From positions 704,001 through 768,000 of the forward strand of contig OZ241857.1 of NCBI GenBank assembly GCA_965203315.1: 64,000 nucleotides of DNA, read 5' to 3'. A program made the translations under genes and the position numbers. The number at the start of each line of letters is the position of its first letter. Position 1 is the first letter of the stretch. Positions 1 through 9,230 of the stretch are shown here, one piece after another. The notes below the pieces were generated by a model. It searched no databases. It had not been told where the DNA came from and saw only the letters and a program-made list of their open reading frames with translations. Source of the DNA: Nitrosopumilus sp. Lineage in GTDB: Archaea > Thermoproteota > Nitrososphaeria > Nitrososphaerales > Nitrosopumilaceae.

Positions 1-157
1 AGAGTATGACTTTGTAAGATTAATGCAGAGACGAGTGTTCGTTATCACATTACAGAGGACGAATCGTGCTAGATCTGTTCATACAGAAGAATATATGACA
101 AAATACGCAACATAATTTGCTCTTGTTTGGTATTTAGAAATATGTAAAGACATCAAC

Positions 158-883
158 ATGGTAGAGAGTTTTCCAGAGGCTGAGGTCTTTGAGTTTAAGA
201 GCTCAAAGTTGAACAGTCCGACCATATTTGCAGGTTTTGTGGGTGCTGGCCTAGTGGGACCTGTTGCGATAAATCACATCATAGAAGAGCTTAATATGAA
301 AGAGATAGCTGTGATGAGATCTAGATATCTTCCGCCATCGACAGTATTCATGAGAGGGAGGTTACGTCATCCGTTTCGGTTTTATGCAAACGCAGATGGA
401 ACAATATGTGCCATAATATGCGAGATAACATTACGGTTGGAAGGATTGTACTCGTTAGTATCAACTATTCTTGATTGGGCCACCTCAAAGGGCTCAAAGG
501 AGATTGTGATACTAGACGGGGTCGCGAGTATGGAACACGATAAACGAGCATATTGTGCTGCAGAAGAAGACCTGATAAGGACAATGGAGGACAAGGATAT
601 CAACATGATTCCGCAAGGATTCATAACAGGCATACCAGGAGGAATATTAAACGAATGTCTAGTACGAGAGATTCAAGGGATCGCACTACTTGCAAAAGCA
701 GACAATACATCACCAGACTCTGAAGCAGCTGCAACGCTCATCAAAGCACTAAATCGGTTTTACGAGATGGATATTTCGACAGATATACTATACAACAACA
801 CAGATCAGATAAGTACCGAGTTTAACGAATTGTCACAAAAGTATGTGAAACATCGTCAAGAGATAGCAGGCATGTACATGTGA
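158..883 (+). CDS. PAC2 family proteasome assembly chaperone
   Basis: 241 aa; GFVGAGLVG N-terminal motif, HPFRFY, ITGIPGGILNEC and PD-x-EAAA segments typical of archaeal PAC2 proteins. Confidence 0.85.
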   Translation: MVESFPEAEVFEFKSSKLNSPTIFAGFVGAGLVGPVAINHIIEELNMKEIAVMRSRYLPPSTVFMRGRLRHPFRFYANADGTICAIICEITLRLEGLYSLVSTILDWATSKGSKEIVILDGVASMEHDKRAYCAAEEDLIRTMEDKDINMIPQGFITGIPGGILNECLVREIQGIALLAKADNTSPDSEAAATLIKALNRFYEMDISTDILYNNTDQISTEFNELSQKYVKHRQEIAGMYM

Positions 884-1035
884 CACAACTAGCACACATA
901 ACAATAGATTAACAGTGGAGGACTAGAATACAGTACAAACCTGCATTTTCATTACAAGAAGAGATAACAAATCCGTCAAGACTTGTGTCTGAATTTGATC
1001 GCATTTGGTTAGTGGCTCGAAATGAACAATCGCCT

Positions 1036-1154
1036 AATTTTTTCCTAGTGTTTAGTATCACAATTTAGTGTTATCTGTTAGGCCAGAGATAAATTCCGTC
1101 TCGGACATCACATATGCGGGAGTAAACAAGAAAACAATTCCGTTCGTGACTATA
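1036..1154 (+). mobile_element. MITE family E, copy with degenerate left end
   Basis: Aligns by eye with 24563-24678 and the reverse complement of 6725-6855; right end gttcgtgactata; left boundary approximate. Confidence 0.75.
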
Positions 1155-1210
1155 GAATCTTCAAGATCATTTATATACAAATCTGAAGCAATAGGATAGG
1201 TTATTTCATT

Positions 1211-1732
1211 ATGAATAAAAAATGCGAGATATGTTTTGAAGCTTTTACGCCAAGAAAAAGAGTCTACGAACAAAGAACATGTGGTGCCAAACCATGTCAA
1301 GACGAACTTGCAAGAAGATATAACAAGCTACAAACAGAAAAGAGATCCAAAGTTCCTAAATCTGTAAATTGCATAATATGTGGTGCCTCGTTCAAACCCT
1401 TCAGCCGAAAGCAAAATACGTGTAGCGATCAATGTAAGAAGCAAAAGAGACGATTAGGTTATGTGTATAAAGAGATGGGAGACCATCAATGTCCATATTG
1501 CAATAAAGTAACAAAAAAGAAGAGACATGATCAGCAAACATGTGGAAGCAAATTATGTCAAGCACAGCACGAAACAATGATGAATAGACAGAGAGAAGCC
1601 AAAAAACCAAAGAAACCTTTACTGGAGAGAAAATGCACAGTATGTAAAAAATTATTTCGAACACATCTTCCACAAACAGTTACCTGTGGTACTAGATTAT
1701 GTAAAAAAAGCAGAAAGGTAAATGGTACATAA
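1211..1732 (+). CDS. Cys-rich basic protein with four repeated zinc-binding modules
   Basis: Four CxxC...TC-x3-4-C units (CEIC..TCGAKPC, CIIC..TCSDQC, CPYC..TCGSKLC, CTVC..TCGTRLC). Confidence 0.7.
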   Translation: MNKKCEICFEAFTPRKRVYEQRTCGAKPCQDELARRYNKLQTEKRSKVPKSVNCIICGASFKPFSRKQNTCSDQCKKQKRRLGYVYKEMGDHQCPYCNKVTKKKRHDQQTCGSKLCQAQHETMMNRQREAKKPKKPLLERKCTVCKKLFRTHLPQTVTCGTRLCKKSRKVNGT

Positions 1733-1785
1733 ACAGATCACTTGAAAAAGTAGAGAGAGATTATCAGAAAGGACAACAAAAAACT

Positions 1786-2448
1786 ATGAACCTTAAAAAA
1801 AGTGCATTGAAGGTTTATGGCAATCAATGTGTGAAATGTCATTTAAAGGATTGGAGATATTTAGAGTTTGATCATATAAATAATGATGGAAAGACTGATC
1901 GTGATAATGGCCTAGTAACAAGACGCCTATACGAATCACTCAGTAAAAACAAACGACGAAATGATATACAAATATTATGCAGGTACTGTAATCAGCGAAA
2001 AACAAGAACCATTGCATGGGATTGGAGTGCTAGAAAGAGTAGAAATGAATTAAGACGAAAGTCAAGGGAGCAGTTAATACGCCTTGTATGTTTGAGATAT
2101 TATTCTGGTAAAAAGATACCTGAATGTGCTAATCCTGAATGTCGTCAAACAAATGTAAGATTTCTACAACTGGATCACATAGAGGGAGATGGTAAACGAG
2201 AACGAAAGAAATATGGTGTTGCTAGAAAATTTTTCACCTATTTAATACTAAATAAATTTCCGTCAAATTTACAAGTCTTATGTTCGTATTGTAATGCTTC
2301 AAAAAATAACAAACATGTTGAATATACTAGACCAAACCTAGAAATAACATTATCGATATTGGGCAAGTGGTATTACACATATTTAGAATCAAGAAGAAAA
2401 TTAACAAAAGAAGAGTTAAAAAATAATATACTGTATGCATATTATTGA
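1786..2448 (+). CDS. Tandem HNH-like (His-Me finger) endonuclease
   Basis: Two copies of C..C-x-L-x-(F/L)DHI-x2-DG...(I/L)Q(I/V)LC-x-YCN; last codons and stop come from the MITE at 2428. Confidence 0.7.
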   Translation: MNLKKSALKVYGNQCVKCHLKDWRYLEFDHINNDGKTDRDNGLVTRRLYESLSKNKRRNDIQILCRYCNQRKTRTIAWDWSARKSRNELRRKSREQLIRLVCLRYYSGKKIPECANPECRQTNVRFLQLDHIEGDGKRERKKYGVARKFFTYLILNKFPSNLQVLCSYCNASKNNKHVEYTRPNLEITLSILGKWYYTYLESRRKLTKEELKNNILYAYY

Positions 2449-2568
2449 GAGTGCCCATGCCCAATCATCAAACACGATAACAATGAATCAATTTGCTTCT
2501 AGAAATTACACATGTATTTGATTGTGTCTCAAAATATGTACAAGACATAAGAAATACGCATACAGTCT
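2428..2568 (+). mobile_element. MITE family B (about 140 bp)
   Basis: Ends atactgtatgcatatt ... aatacgcatacagtct; internal sequence shared with six other copies. Confidence 0.9.
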
Positions 2569-2711
2569 AGTATGCAAACTAGTGATCAAGATCACAGGCT
2601 TATTGGATCTCAAGTCCGATTTTACGATCTTTCGTACCTAAATTTCCCAGCTCCCGAAGATTACACAGAACCCGAAAGCCCCACATAACATTCATAAAGA
2701 TATGTAGACAA

Positions 2712-3113
2712 ATGTTAGTAATGATAGATAGTAAAACAGTGTTTGAAAAGTCGCTTGTTCGCATATTAGAACATCTAGATGATTTTGAAAGTTGTTCCCA
2801 CATAGCAAATGATCTAAGTAATGCCGCACTAATGCATGAAAATCCTGATGCGGTCATAGTTGCTGAAACTTTGAATCACATATTTTTCCAATTAGATATG
2901 ATTGTATCTGATTTTAATATTGGTGATGATGAGATAAAAACATTAAAAAATGATTTATCTACAAATATAAGATTACTGTCAGATTCGTTTAAAAATAACA
3001 ATTTTGAAAAAATTTATATAAATTTAAGAGACGCACATTATGTTTGGTCTAAATTTCAAAGTCGGGTATTTCAGACGTTAAAAGAAAAAAACCGTAAAGG
3101 AGAGAGTGACTAG
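2712..3113 (+). CDS. Hypothetical helical protein, first gene of HEPN module 1
   Basis: 133 aa ORF abutting the next gene; N-terminus similar to 56094-56372. Confidence 0.65.
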   Translation: MLVMIDSKTVFEKSLVRILEHLDDFESCSHIANDLSNAALMHENPDAVIVAETLNHIFFQLDMIVSDFNIGDDEIKTLKNDLSTNIRLLSDSFKNNNFEKIYINLRDAHYVWSKFQSRVFQTLKEKNRKGESD

Positions 3114-3599
3114 TTGTCATCGATAACTCCCAAGTATATTGGTGAAGTTCAACGACAGTATAATATGTCAAGACAAAAAACTCATGGAAATAACTCCAAA
3201 CTGTACGAAGATATCGAGAATGTAAAGTTAGAAATTGAGAAAATCAAGAAAGAGCTTGAAGCATCAATTGAGAAAATACAAAAAGAGTTGTCATCCAAGC
3301 CCATAGACAAACAGAAAACAAGCATGGAGAATGTAAAACCAAAGATTATTGAAATGTTCGAAGGTATTGATTTTGTAAAGCACATATGTTATGAAAACGA
3401 CACTCGTGGTGACGAAATAACTCTGATTGTAATTTACGAACACGACAATTCTATAAAGTCTCGCGACATAATTTTTAAACAGTTTTTTAAACTAGAAGAC
3501 ATATTTCCAGATATTTATATGGAAGTGAGAATTTTACATACTACTGAAGTCGGCCCATACAGATTAAACGACACGACGACCGTTTTTAAGAGGGAGTGA
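3114..3599 (+). CDS. Putative antitoxin, possibly degenerate MNT-like fold
   Basis: Overlaps HEPN gene (GTGA); C-terminal ~85 aa clearly paralogous to 55638-56093; fold assignment is inference. Confidence 0.55.
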   Translation: MSSITPKYIGEVQRQYNMSRQKTHGNNSKLYEDIENVKLEIEKIKKELEASIEKIQKELSSKPIDKQKTSMENVKPKIIEMFEGIDFVKHICYENDTRGDEITLIVIYEHDNSIKSRDIIFKQFFKLEDIFPDIYMEVRILHTTEVGPYRLNDTTTVFKRE

Positions 3600-3955
3600 G
3601 TTTGCCGAGTTACTATCAAAAAAGCATTGCTAACAAAAAAAAAGCTTTTGAACATCTCAACCAAAAAACCCCAACACATATTGAATGGGAAGTGGTCATT
3701 ATATTTTATGCTGCATTGCATCTAGTCAACGATTATTTTTATAAAAATGGAATCGAGTTTGTAAAAAGACATGGTGGGAGAATGAAAGCGATAAAAAAAG
3801 ATTCAAAAATATGTGACTTGTATGAAGACTATCGAATAATGTTTGAGAGAAGTAATGATGCTCGATATGAAGAAAATGTACAAATAACAGAGGAAGATAG
3901 AGACGATATGAAAAGGCGACTTTCAAAAATTGAGTCAAAATTATCTGTTGTGTAA
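3596..3955 (+). CDS. HEPN domain protein (putative RNase toxin)
   Basis: FYAALHLV, HxxR and RSNDARY motifs in a 119 aa helical protein. Confidence 0.75.
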   Translation: MSLPSYYQKSIANKKKAFEHLNQKTPTHIEWEVVIIFYAALHLVNDYFYKNGIEFVKRHGGRMKAIKKDSKICDLYEDYRIMFERSNDARYEENVQITEEDRDDMKRRLSKIESKLSVV

Positions 3956-4070
3956 GACCGACTCGGTCATAACAGTCATTGGTGTACATCCTCAGATTAT
4001 TGCGGTTTTAAAAAAAGATAACAAGATCCACAGTCCAAGACCCACACCTATAACAAGTTTGTGTTATTCA

Positions 4071-4246
4071 GGTTCTTTTAACTTATTAGTGGGTTAAGAT
4101 GCTAGTATTTCAAGAAACGCCCTTTATGCAACTTACAGTAATAATCGGCAATGGGCAATCTAACCATTTTTCATAACTTGTAAAATTTTTAGAGAGTATT
4201 GCGTGAAAACTATCGACCCCCCCCCCCCCGTTAAGTTAAAAGAACC
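4071..4246 (+). mobile_element. MITE family C (about 176 bp)
   Basis: TIR ggttcttttaactta / taagttaaaagaacc, poly-C tract near right end; colinear with 42867-43045. Confidence 0.9.
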
Positions 4247-4386
4247 CTTCACAGAACCGCAAACCTGACAGCACCAAAATTAGAGATAATTACAACCGAG
4301 CAAGAGACGATTCTGACTAATTTAAATAATTTCCGTATAAAACAGATACGCTCGTACAACATAAATCGAAGAGATCCGTTGATAAA

Positions 4387-5175
4387 ATGCTTAATAAATA
4401 CTCGAACATAGTATTTGAAGTGTATTTATCGTATATTGACACATCTGGAGGTCCTGAGTATAGTGATCCTGAAAATTTTGTTGTGGCGTCAGTAATTATC
4501 CATGATACGTCTTGGCAAAATATCACAAAAGAGATTGGTCAAATAAAGTCCAAATACTTTCCAGATTTACATTCGGATAATGTAGAGTTCCATGTAAAGG
4601 ATATGTTGAATCACCGTGGTATCTATAAAGAAATATCTCTTAATGCCACATATTCTATACTAGATGATATTTTTGATGCTATATCTGCAAAAGATACGCA
4701 TCTACATGTTGTTGGAACTATACTTGACAAAAGAAGAAGAGGACTAGATCTTGAAGTATTTGGCTATGTACCTGTATTTGAGAGATTCAATCGTTATTTA
4801 TCTCAAATAAACCGACATTTACAAAAAGATAGTGAATCTATAGAATATGGGATGGCGATTATAGATTCTGCTGGAAGCAGAGATCAACAACTTCGATCTA
4901 AACTATCTCCAATACTGAGTAGTGGTACATCGTACTCGAATTTTAATTATTTGATTAATAGTATACTGTTTGCAGATTCACGATGGGATGATCTAATACA
5001 GATAGCAGATTGCGTAGCGTACTGTATACGTAAACATCATAGAACAAACAATACTGATGACATACATTTACAACACTGGGAAAAATATTACTCCATGATT
5101 ACAGACAAGTTTTATTCAAGGGATGGAGAACATGACGGTTATGGATTGAAAATATTCACAGGAGGGGGGGAGTAA
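4387..5175 (+). CDS. DUF3800 family protein
   Basis: YLSYIDTSG N-terminus, EFH, IIDS and IQIADCVAY motifs; true start may be GTG near 4420. Confidence 0.85.
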   Translation: MLNKYSNIVFEVYLSYIDTSGGPEYSDPENFVVASVIIHDTSWQNITKEIGQIKSKYFPDLHSDNVEFHVKDMLNHRGIYKEISLNATYSILDDIFDAISAKDTHLHVVGTILDKRRRGLDLEVFGYVPVFERFNRYLSQINRHLQKDSESIEYGMAIIDSAGSRDQQLRSKLSPILSSGTSYSNFNYLINSILFADSRWDDLIQIADCVAYCIRKHHRTNNTDDIHLQHWEKYYSMITDKFYSRDGEHDGYGLKIFTGGGE

Positions 5176-5251
5176 ACTCCCCCTTGTCCTCCCTGTGGTC
5201 GTTACTAGACGCAACAACCACTCTCACCGATATCTGTGGGATACCAGAGTG
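5157..5251. ncRNA. Candidate DUF3800-associated structured RNA
   Basis: GC-rich nested hairpins at the gene end (cacagg..gggggag-taaa-ctccccc..cctgtg; gtggt/accac; cactct/agagtg); RNA motifs linked to DUF3800 genes are known. Confidence 0.5.
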
Positions 5252-5320
5252 ATATTACTAGTATTTTATGCTATAAAAATATTGTCTGATTTGGTTAAAG
5301 GTATTGGGTCAAAAGATGAG

Positions 5321-5382
5321 GGATCGTCAAGGAAAATTATCAAAGCCTTGAGAAAAGACATTCCACGTAAATCGAAGAGATG
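5321..5382 (-). mobile_element. MITE family F, degenerate partial copy
   Basis: Reverse complement catctcttcgatttacgtggaatg...caaggctttgataattttcc matches left half of 24421-24539 and 56442-56557. Confidence 0.6.
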
Positions 5383-5552
5383 TTCTGCAAGAACTCGCTA
5401 TGACCAATCTCTCTTTTTGTTTATGATATTTCATGTGTATATAGGATTAAGCGATCTTATGCCTAAATTCCCAACTCTTGATAACTTGACAGAACCAAGA
5501 TTTGTCTAACGGATATGATATACTTTTATTTAAAAATAATATGTTATAGTTT

Positions 5553-6572
5553 GTGGTATTAACCTACAAGAGAGCTGGAGTAGACGTAGCAAAGATCAAA
5601 ACAACACAGGATATCATAGGCAAGATGATCAGATCAACGCATAAAGGAGCAAATGTATTGCAAGGGTATGGTCACTATGCAGGAATAGTACAGATACATG
5701 GAGACAGGGTTTTAGCAACACATACTGACGGTGTTGGAACCAAAGTCGTCATTGCAAACATGATGAAGAGATACGACACCATAGGAATAGATTGTATTGC
5801 AATGAATGTAAATGATATCATATGCATAGGAGCTACTCCAATATCTTTTGTAGACTATATTGCCGCAAATCGAAACAACACAAAGATACTAGGAGAGATT
5901 GTCAAGGGTCTAGTTGAGGGAGCAAAGCAATCGTCTGTACCCATAGTCGGTGGTGAGACTGCCATTATGCCCGATGTCATAGAAGGAGATGGGTTTGCAT
6001 TTGATCTAGCAGGAACGGTTGTAGGAATGGCAGACAAGTCCAAGATCATTCTAGGAGATAATATACAAGTTGGTGACGTAATAATCGGCGCACACAGTAC
6101 AGGAATTCACTCAAATGGATACTCGCTTGCTAGAAGAGCTCTATTTGACAGATACTCAATAAGAGACAGAGTAAAGGGTGTTGGACGAATAGGAGATGCA
6201 TTGTTAGAACCCACACAGATATACACAAAACCAGTCATAGAGATCGTTAAAAGATACAAGATCAATGGACTGGCGCACATTACTGGAGGCTCATTTGCAA
6301 AACTCTTACGTCTAAAAAAGATAGGATACGTTATAGATGATCTACCGCCAACACCACCAATAATGAATCTGATACAAGAACAAGGTGTAAAGATAAAAGA
6401 GATGTACAAGACGTTCAACATGGGAATAGGCTTTTGTGTGATCGCACCAAAAGAGCATGTGTCAGATATTGTTTCCACATTTAAAAAGTACAAAATCTCT
6501 AGTCAGCAGATAGGAGAGATCATACCCAAAGCAGGTGTGACAGTAAACTCTCAAGATATAACTGGTAAATAA
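5553..6572 (+). CDS. purM: Phosphoribosylformylglycinamidine cyclo-ligase (AIR synthetase)
   Basis: YKRAGVD, TDGVGTK, GGETA, HSNGYSL, HITGG, TFNMGIG motifs. Confidence 0.97.
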   Translation: MVLTYKRAGVDVAKIKTTQDIIGKMIRSTHKGANVLQGYGHYAGIVQIHGDRVLATHTDGVGTKVVIANMMKRYDTIGIDCIAMNVNDIICIGATPISFVDYIAANRNNTKILGEIVKGLVEGAKQSSVPIVGGETAIMPDVIEGDGFAFDLAGTVVGMADKSKIILGDNIQVGDVIIGAHSTGIHSNGYSLARRALFDRYSIRDRVKGVGRIGDALLEPTQIYTKPVIEIVKRYKINGLAHITGGSFAKLLRLKKIGYVIDDLPPTPPIMNLIQEQGVKIKEMYKTFNMGIGFCVIAPKEHVSDIVSTFKKYKISSQQIGEIIPKAGVTVNSQDITGK

Positions 6573-6724
6573 TCTTCCGACGTGTAGTCACGTTTAGACA
6601 TGTTGACTATATGTTTGATTTTTGTGAAATATGACACCAACCTAAATTGGACAGATTGATCCTTTAGACCCAGTGCATTTGTAAATTTTACGAGGTTGAA
6701 TACAACAAGGATTTTAACTGATTG

Positions 6725-6855
6725 TATAGCCACGAACTGAATTGTTTTCTTGATTACTCTCGCACATGTGGTCAGAGACGGAATTTACCTCTGGCAGAAC
6801 AGCTAACTCCAAATTGTGACACAACACTAGAAAAATTATTATGTTCGCGACCATA
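6725..6855 (-). mobile_element. MITE family E
   Basis: TIR tatagccacgaac / gttcgcgaccata; reverse complement of 24544-24678; ends 14 bp before the nurA start. Confidence 0.85.
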
Positions 6856-6869
6856 CAATATAGTGAACA

Positions 6870-7706
6870 ATGTTAAACTCGGTATATAGAGACGCCATTA
6901 CGAACCGAGACGCAATACTATCGGTAATCAAAGGCGTCAAATTTGAAGAGATCAAAAAAGAGGCTAGAACTAGATGGGTCGAGTATACTCCAACAAAAGA
7001 GTCGATAACGACAGCTGGAATAGATAGTAGTTTCAACAATACAAAGTTTCAAGGAATAGATCTCTGGGCAGTTACTGCAATATCGATCAAAGAGAATGGT
7101 GACATACTAGCAGACAGACACGAGTCAGGTCTAGGCTCCGATGTTCCATTATCAAGCATGTCAAGTCAGATGGAGATGGAAGCATGCAAAGATACCATAG
7201 ATCAGGTTGATCTAGTTTTGATGGATGGATCACTATACTCTCAGTTTATGTCTCGACAACCAAAACTCGATGCCGAGATACTTCGAATAATGCGAAAGAG
7301 AGACAACGTAATATTCATCTCAAAGACATCAAATACTAGACAACAGTTTGCCAGTATGGGCTCCCAAGCAGGAGACATATTTTACTACAATCATGTGACA
7401 AAGAGATCAGGATTTAGTAAAGTATTCGTTGAGCGCAGATATGGTCAAGACAAGTTGATCTCGACGACATTTGTTAGATTGAGTGACTCGACTCCGATCA
7501 TAAAACTCGAATTTTTGGGTGACAACATACAAGATACAGAGATCAAACATGTGATGGATAGAATTGCAAAACATAGTATCGGAGGGTATCCATACTCACT
7601 AAAGCTTGCACACAACAAATGTAAAATATCAGACAAGGAACTGACAAAGATGAGTAACATGTTGGGATTGAACAACGAGATCGGATCACGAGAGGTACTG
7701 CTATGA
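6870..7706 (+). CDS. nurA: DNA double-strand break repair nuclease NurA
   Basis: AGIDSS, LMDGSL, ISKTS, GYPYSLKLAH motifs; first gene of operon. Confidence 0.93.
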   Translation: MLNSVYRDAITNRDAILSVIKGVKFEEIKKEARTRWVEYTPTKESITTAGIDSSFNNTKFQGIDLWAVTAISIKENGDILADRHESGLGSDVPLSSMSSQMEMEACKDTIDQVDLVLMDGSLYSQFMSRQPKLDAEILRIMRKRDNVIFISKTSNTRQQFASMGSQAGDIFYYNHVTKRSGFSKVFVERRYGQDKLISTTFVRLSDSTPIIKLEFLGDNIQDTEIKHVMDRIAKHSIGGYPYSLKLAHNKCKISDKELTKMSNMLGLNNEIGSREVLL

Positions 7707-9229
7707 GAGTTGGTTATGTGATAGGCGAGTCCACGCCAACCTCTGTTGCTGCACTCACATCAAGACCACTAGCTGTTGGCGAGTATGTAAAGATCATCAC
7801 AGATACAGACGAGATACTAGGTCTAGTTGAGAGTTCATCGATATCTAGTGCTGCACTAGACGGTGTTCGAAACTTTGAGGAGGCCATAGAAGGAACAGAG
7901 ATTGCAAAGTTAGATTCCAGAGACAAGTCATACAATGCACGTATCGGTGTACTCGGATTACTGTATGATCTACAGCGAGGTAAATCCATAATTCCAGCAA
8001 CACCACCAGTTCCAGGCACAGAGATCACCAAACCTACAGTACAAGATCTAGATGCAATGTTTAATCCGGTACCAACCAATTGGGTAAAGATTGGCAAACT
8101 GTTACGAAACAACGAGATAAATGCCAAGATAAACTTGGACAAGATCGTCTCTCGTCATCTAGGAATTCTTGCGATGACAGGCATGGGAAAGAGTAACCTA
8201 GTATCTCTCATTGCAAAACACATCTCAAGTCTAAATGGAACTGTAATAATATTCGACTATCACAACGACTATACGTCACTAGAGATACCACGAATAAACA
8301 TAATTGCTGCAAAGATAAATCCCAGACTATTAGAGGCAGAACAGTTTGCCAGTGTTTTAGAGATAAGAGAGAATGCAACTAGACAACGAAATGTGATCGA
8401 AAAGGCCTTTGGTAATGCACGAAGCGCTACAGACTTTTGGGGCTATCTAGAGACCAACATAGAAGCTGTGATCGTCTCAGATGACAAACGAGATCGTGAT
8501 CTGCGTAGTGCAGCATACAGAGTATTGAGTATAGTCGAACATGCCAAAACAAAGTTTGCAGATATTCTAGATCCCAATACAAGCAATCCTCTGAGTTTCA
8601 TCAAAGAGGGTAGAGCCAATATACTAAACATATCAGAGCTGTCTGAAAAGCAAGCAAATGTTGCAGTTGCATTCTATTTGAGTCAGTTATTATACGATAG
8701 AAAGAATGCTAGTTTTGCAAGACACGACAACTCTAAACAACGAGATTACCGATTCGCATCTCCAATCTTTGTAATAATTGAAGAGGCACATGTATTTGTC
8801 CCAAAGGATCATGATGCAGAAGCAAAGTACTGGGCAGCAAAGATAGCAAGAGAGGGACGAAAGTTTGGCTTAGGATTGGGAATAGTATCTCAGAGACCGC
8901 GTAGCGTCGACCTCGATGTACTCAGTCAGATGGGATCATTTGCCATAATGAAGATAATTCAAGAGGATGATCAGCGTCAGATTGCGTCAGCTACAGAGTC
9001 GACTAGCAGAGAGTTGTTATCACAACTGACATCGCTGAACATAGGTGACGCAATTCTGATTGGACAATGGAGTAATCTTCCATCACTAGTACATATCGAT
9101 CAAGTCAAAGAAAAGATTGCAGGTGCAGATCAGAGTGCAGTAGATGCATGGACCAAAGCAGCAAAGATAAACGAGATGGCGACAGAGTCAACGCAGGGAT
9201 TGATTCAGAAGGATCTATTGTTGAGTTGA
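7703..9229 (+). CDS. herA: HerA helicase/ATPase
   Basis: HAS-barrel N-terminus, HLGILAMTGMGKS Walker A, IIEEAH Walker B, REGRKFG, SQRP. Confidence 0.93.
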   Translation: MRVGYVIGESTPTSVAALTSRPLAVGEYVKIITDTDEILGLVESSSISSAALDGVRNFEEAIEGTEIAKLDSRDKSYNARIGVLGLLYDLQRGKSIIPATPPVPGTEITKPTVQDLDAMFNPVPTNWVKIGKLLRNNEINAKINLDKIVSRHLGILAMTGMGKSNLVSLIAKHISSLNGTVIIFDYHNDYTSLEIPRINIIAAKINPRLLEAEQFASVLEIRENATRQRNVIEKAFGNARSATDFWGYLETNIEAVIVSDDKRDRDLRSAAYRVLSIVEHAKTKFADILDPNTSNPLSFIKEGRANILNISELSEKQANVAVAFYLSQLLYDRKNASFARHDNSKQRDYRFASPIFVIIEEAHVFVPKDHDAEAKYWAAKIAREGRKFGLGLGIVSQRPRSVDLDVLSQMGSFAIMKIIQEDDQRQIASATESTSRELLSQLTSLNIGDAILIGQWSNLPSLVHIDQVKEKIAGADQSAVDAWTKAAKINEMATESTQGLIQKDLLLS

Positions 9230-9230
9230 G

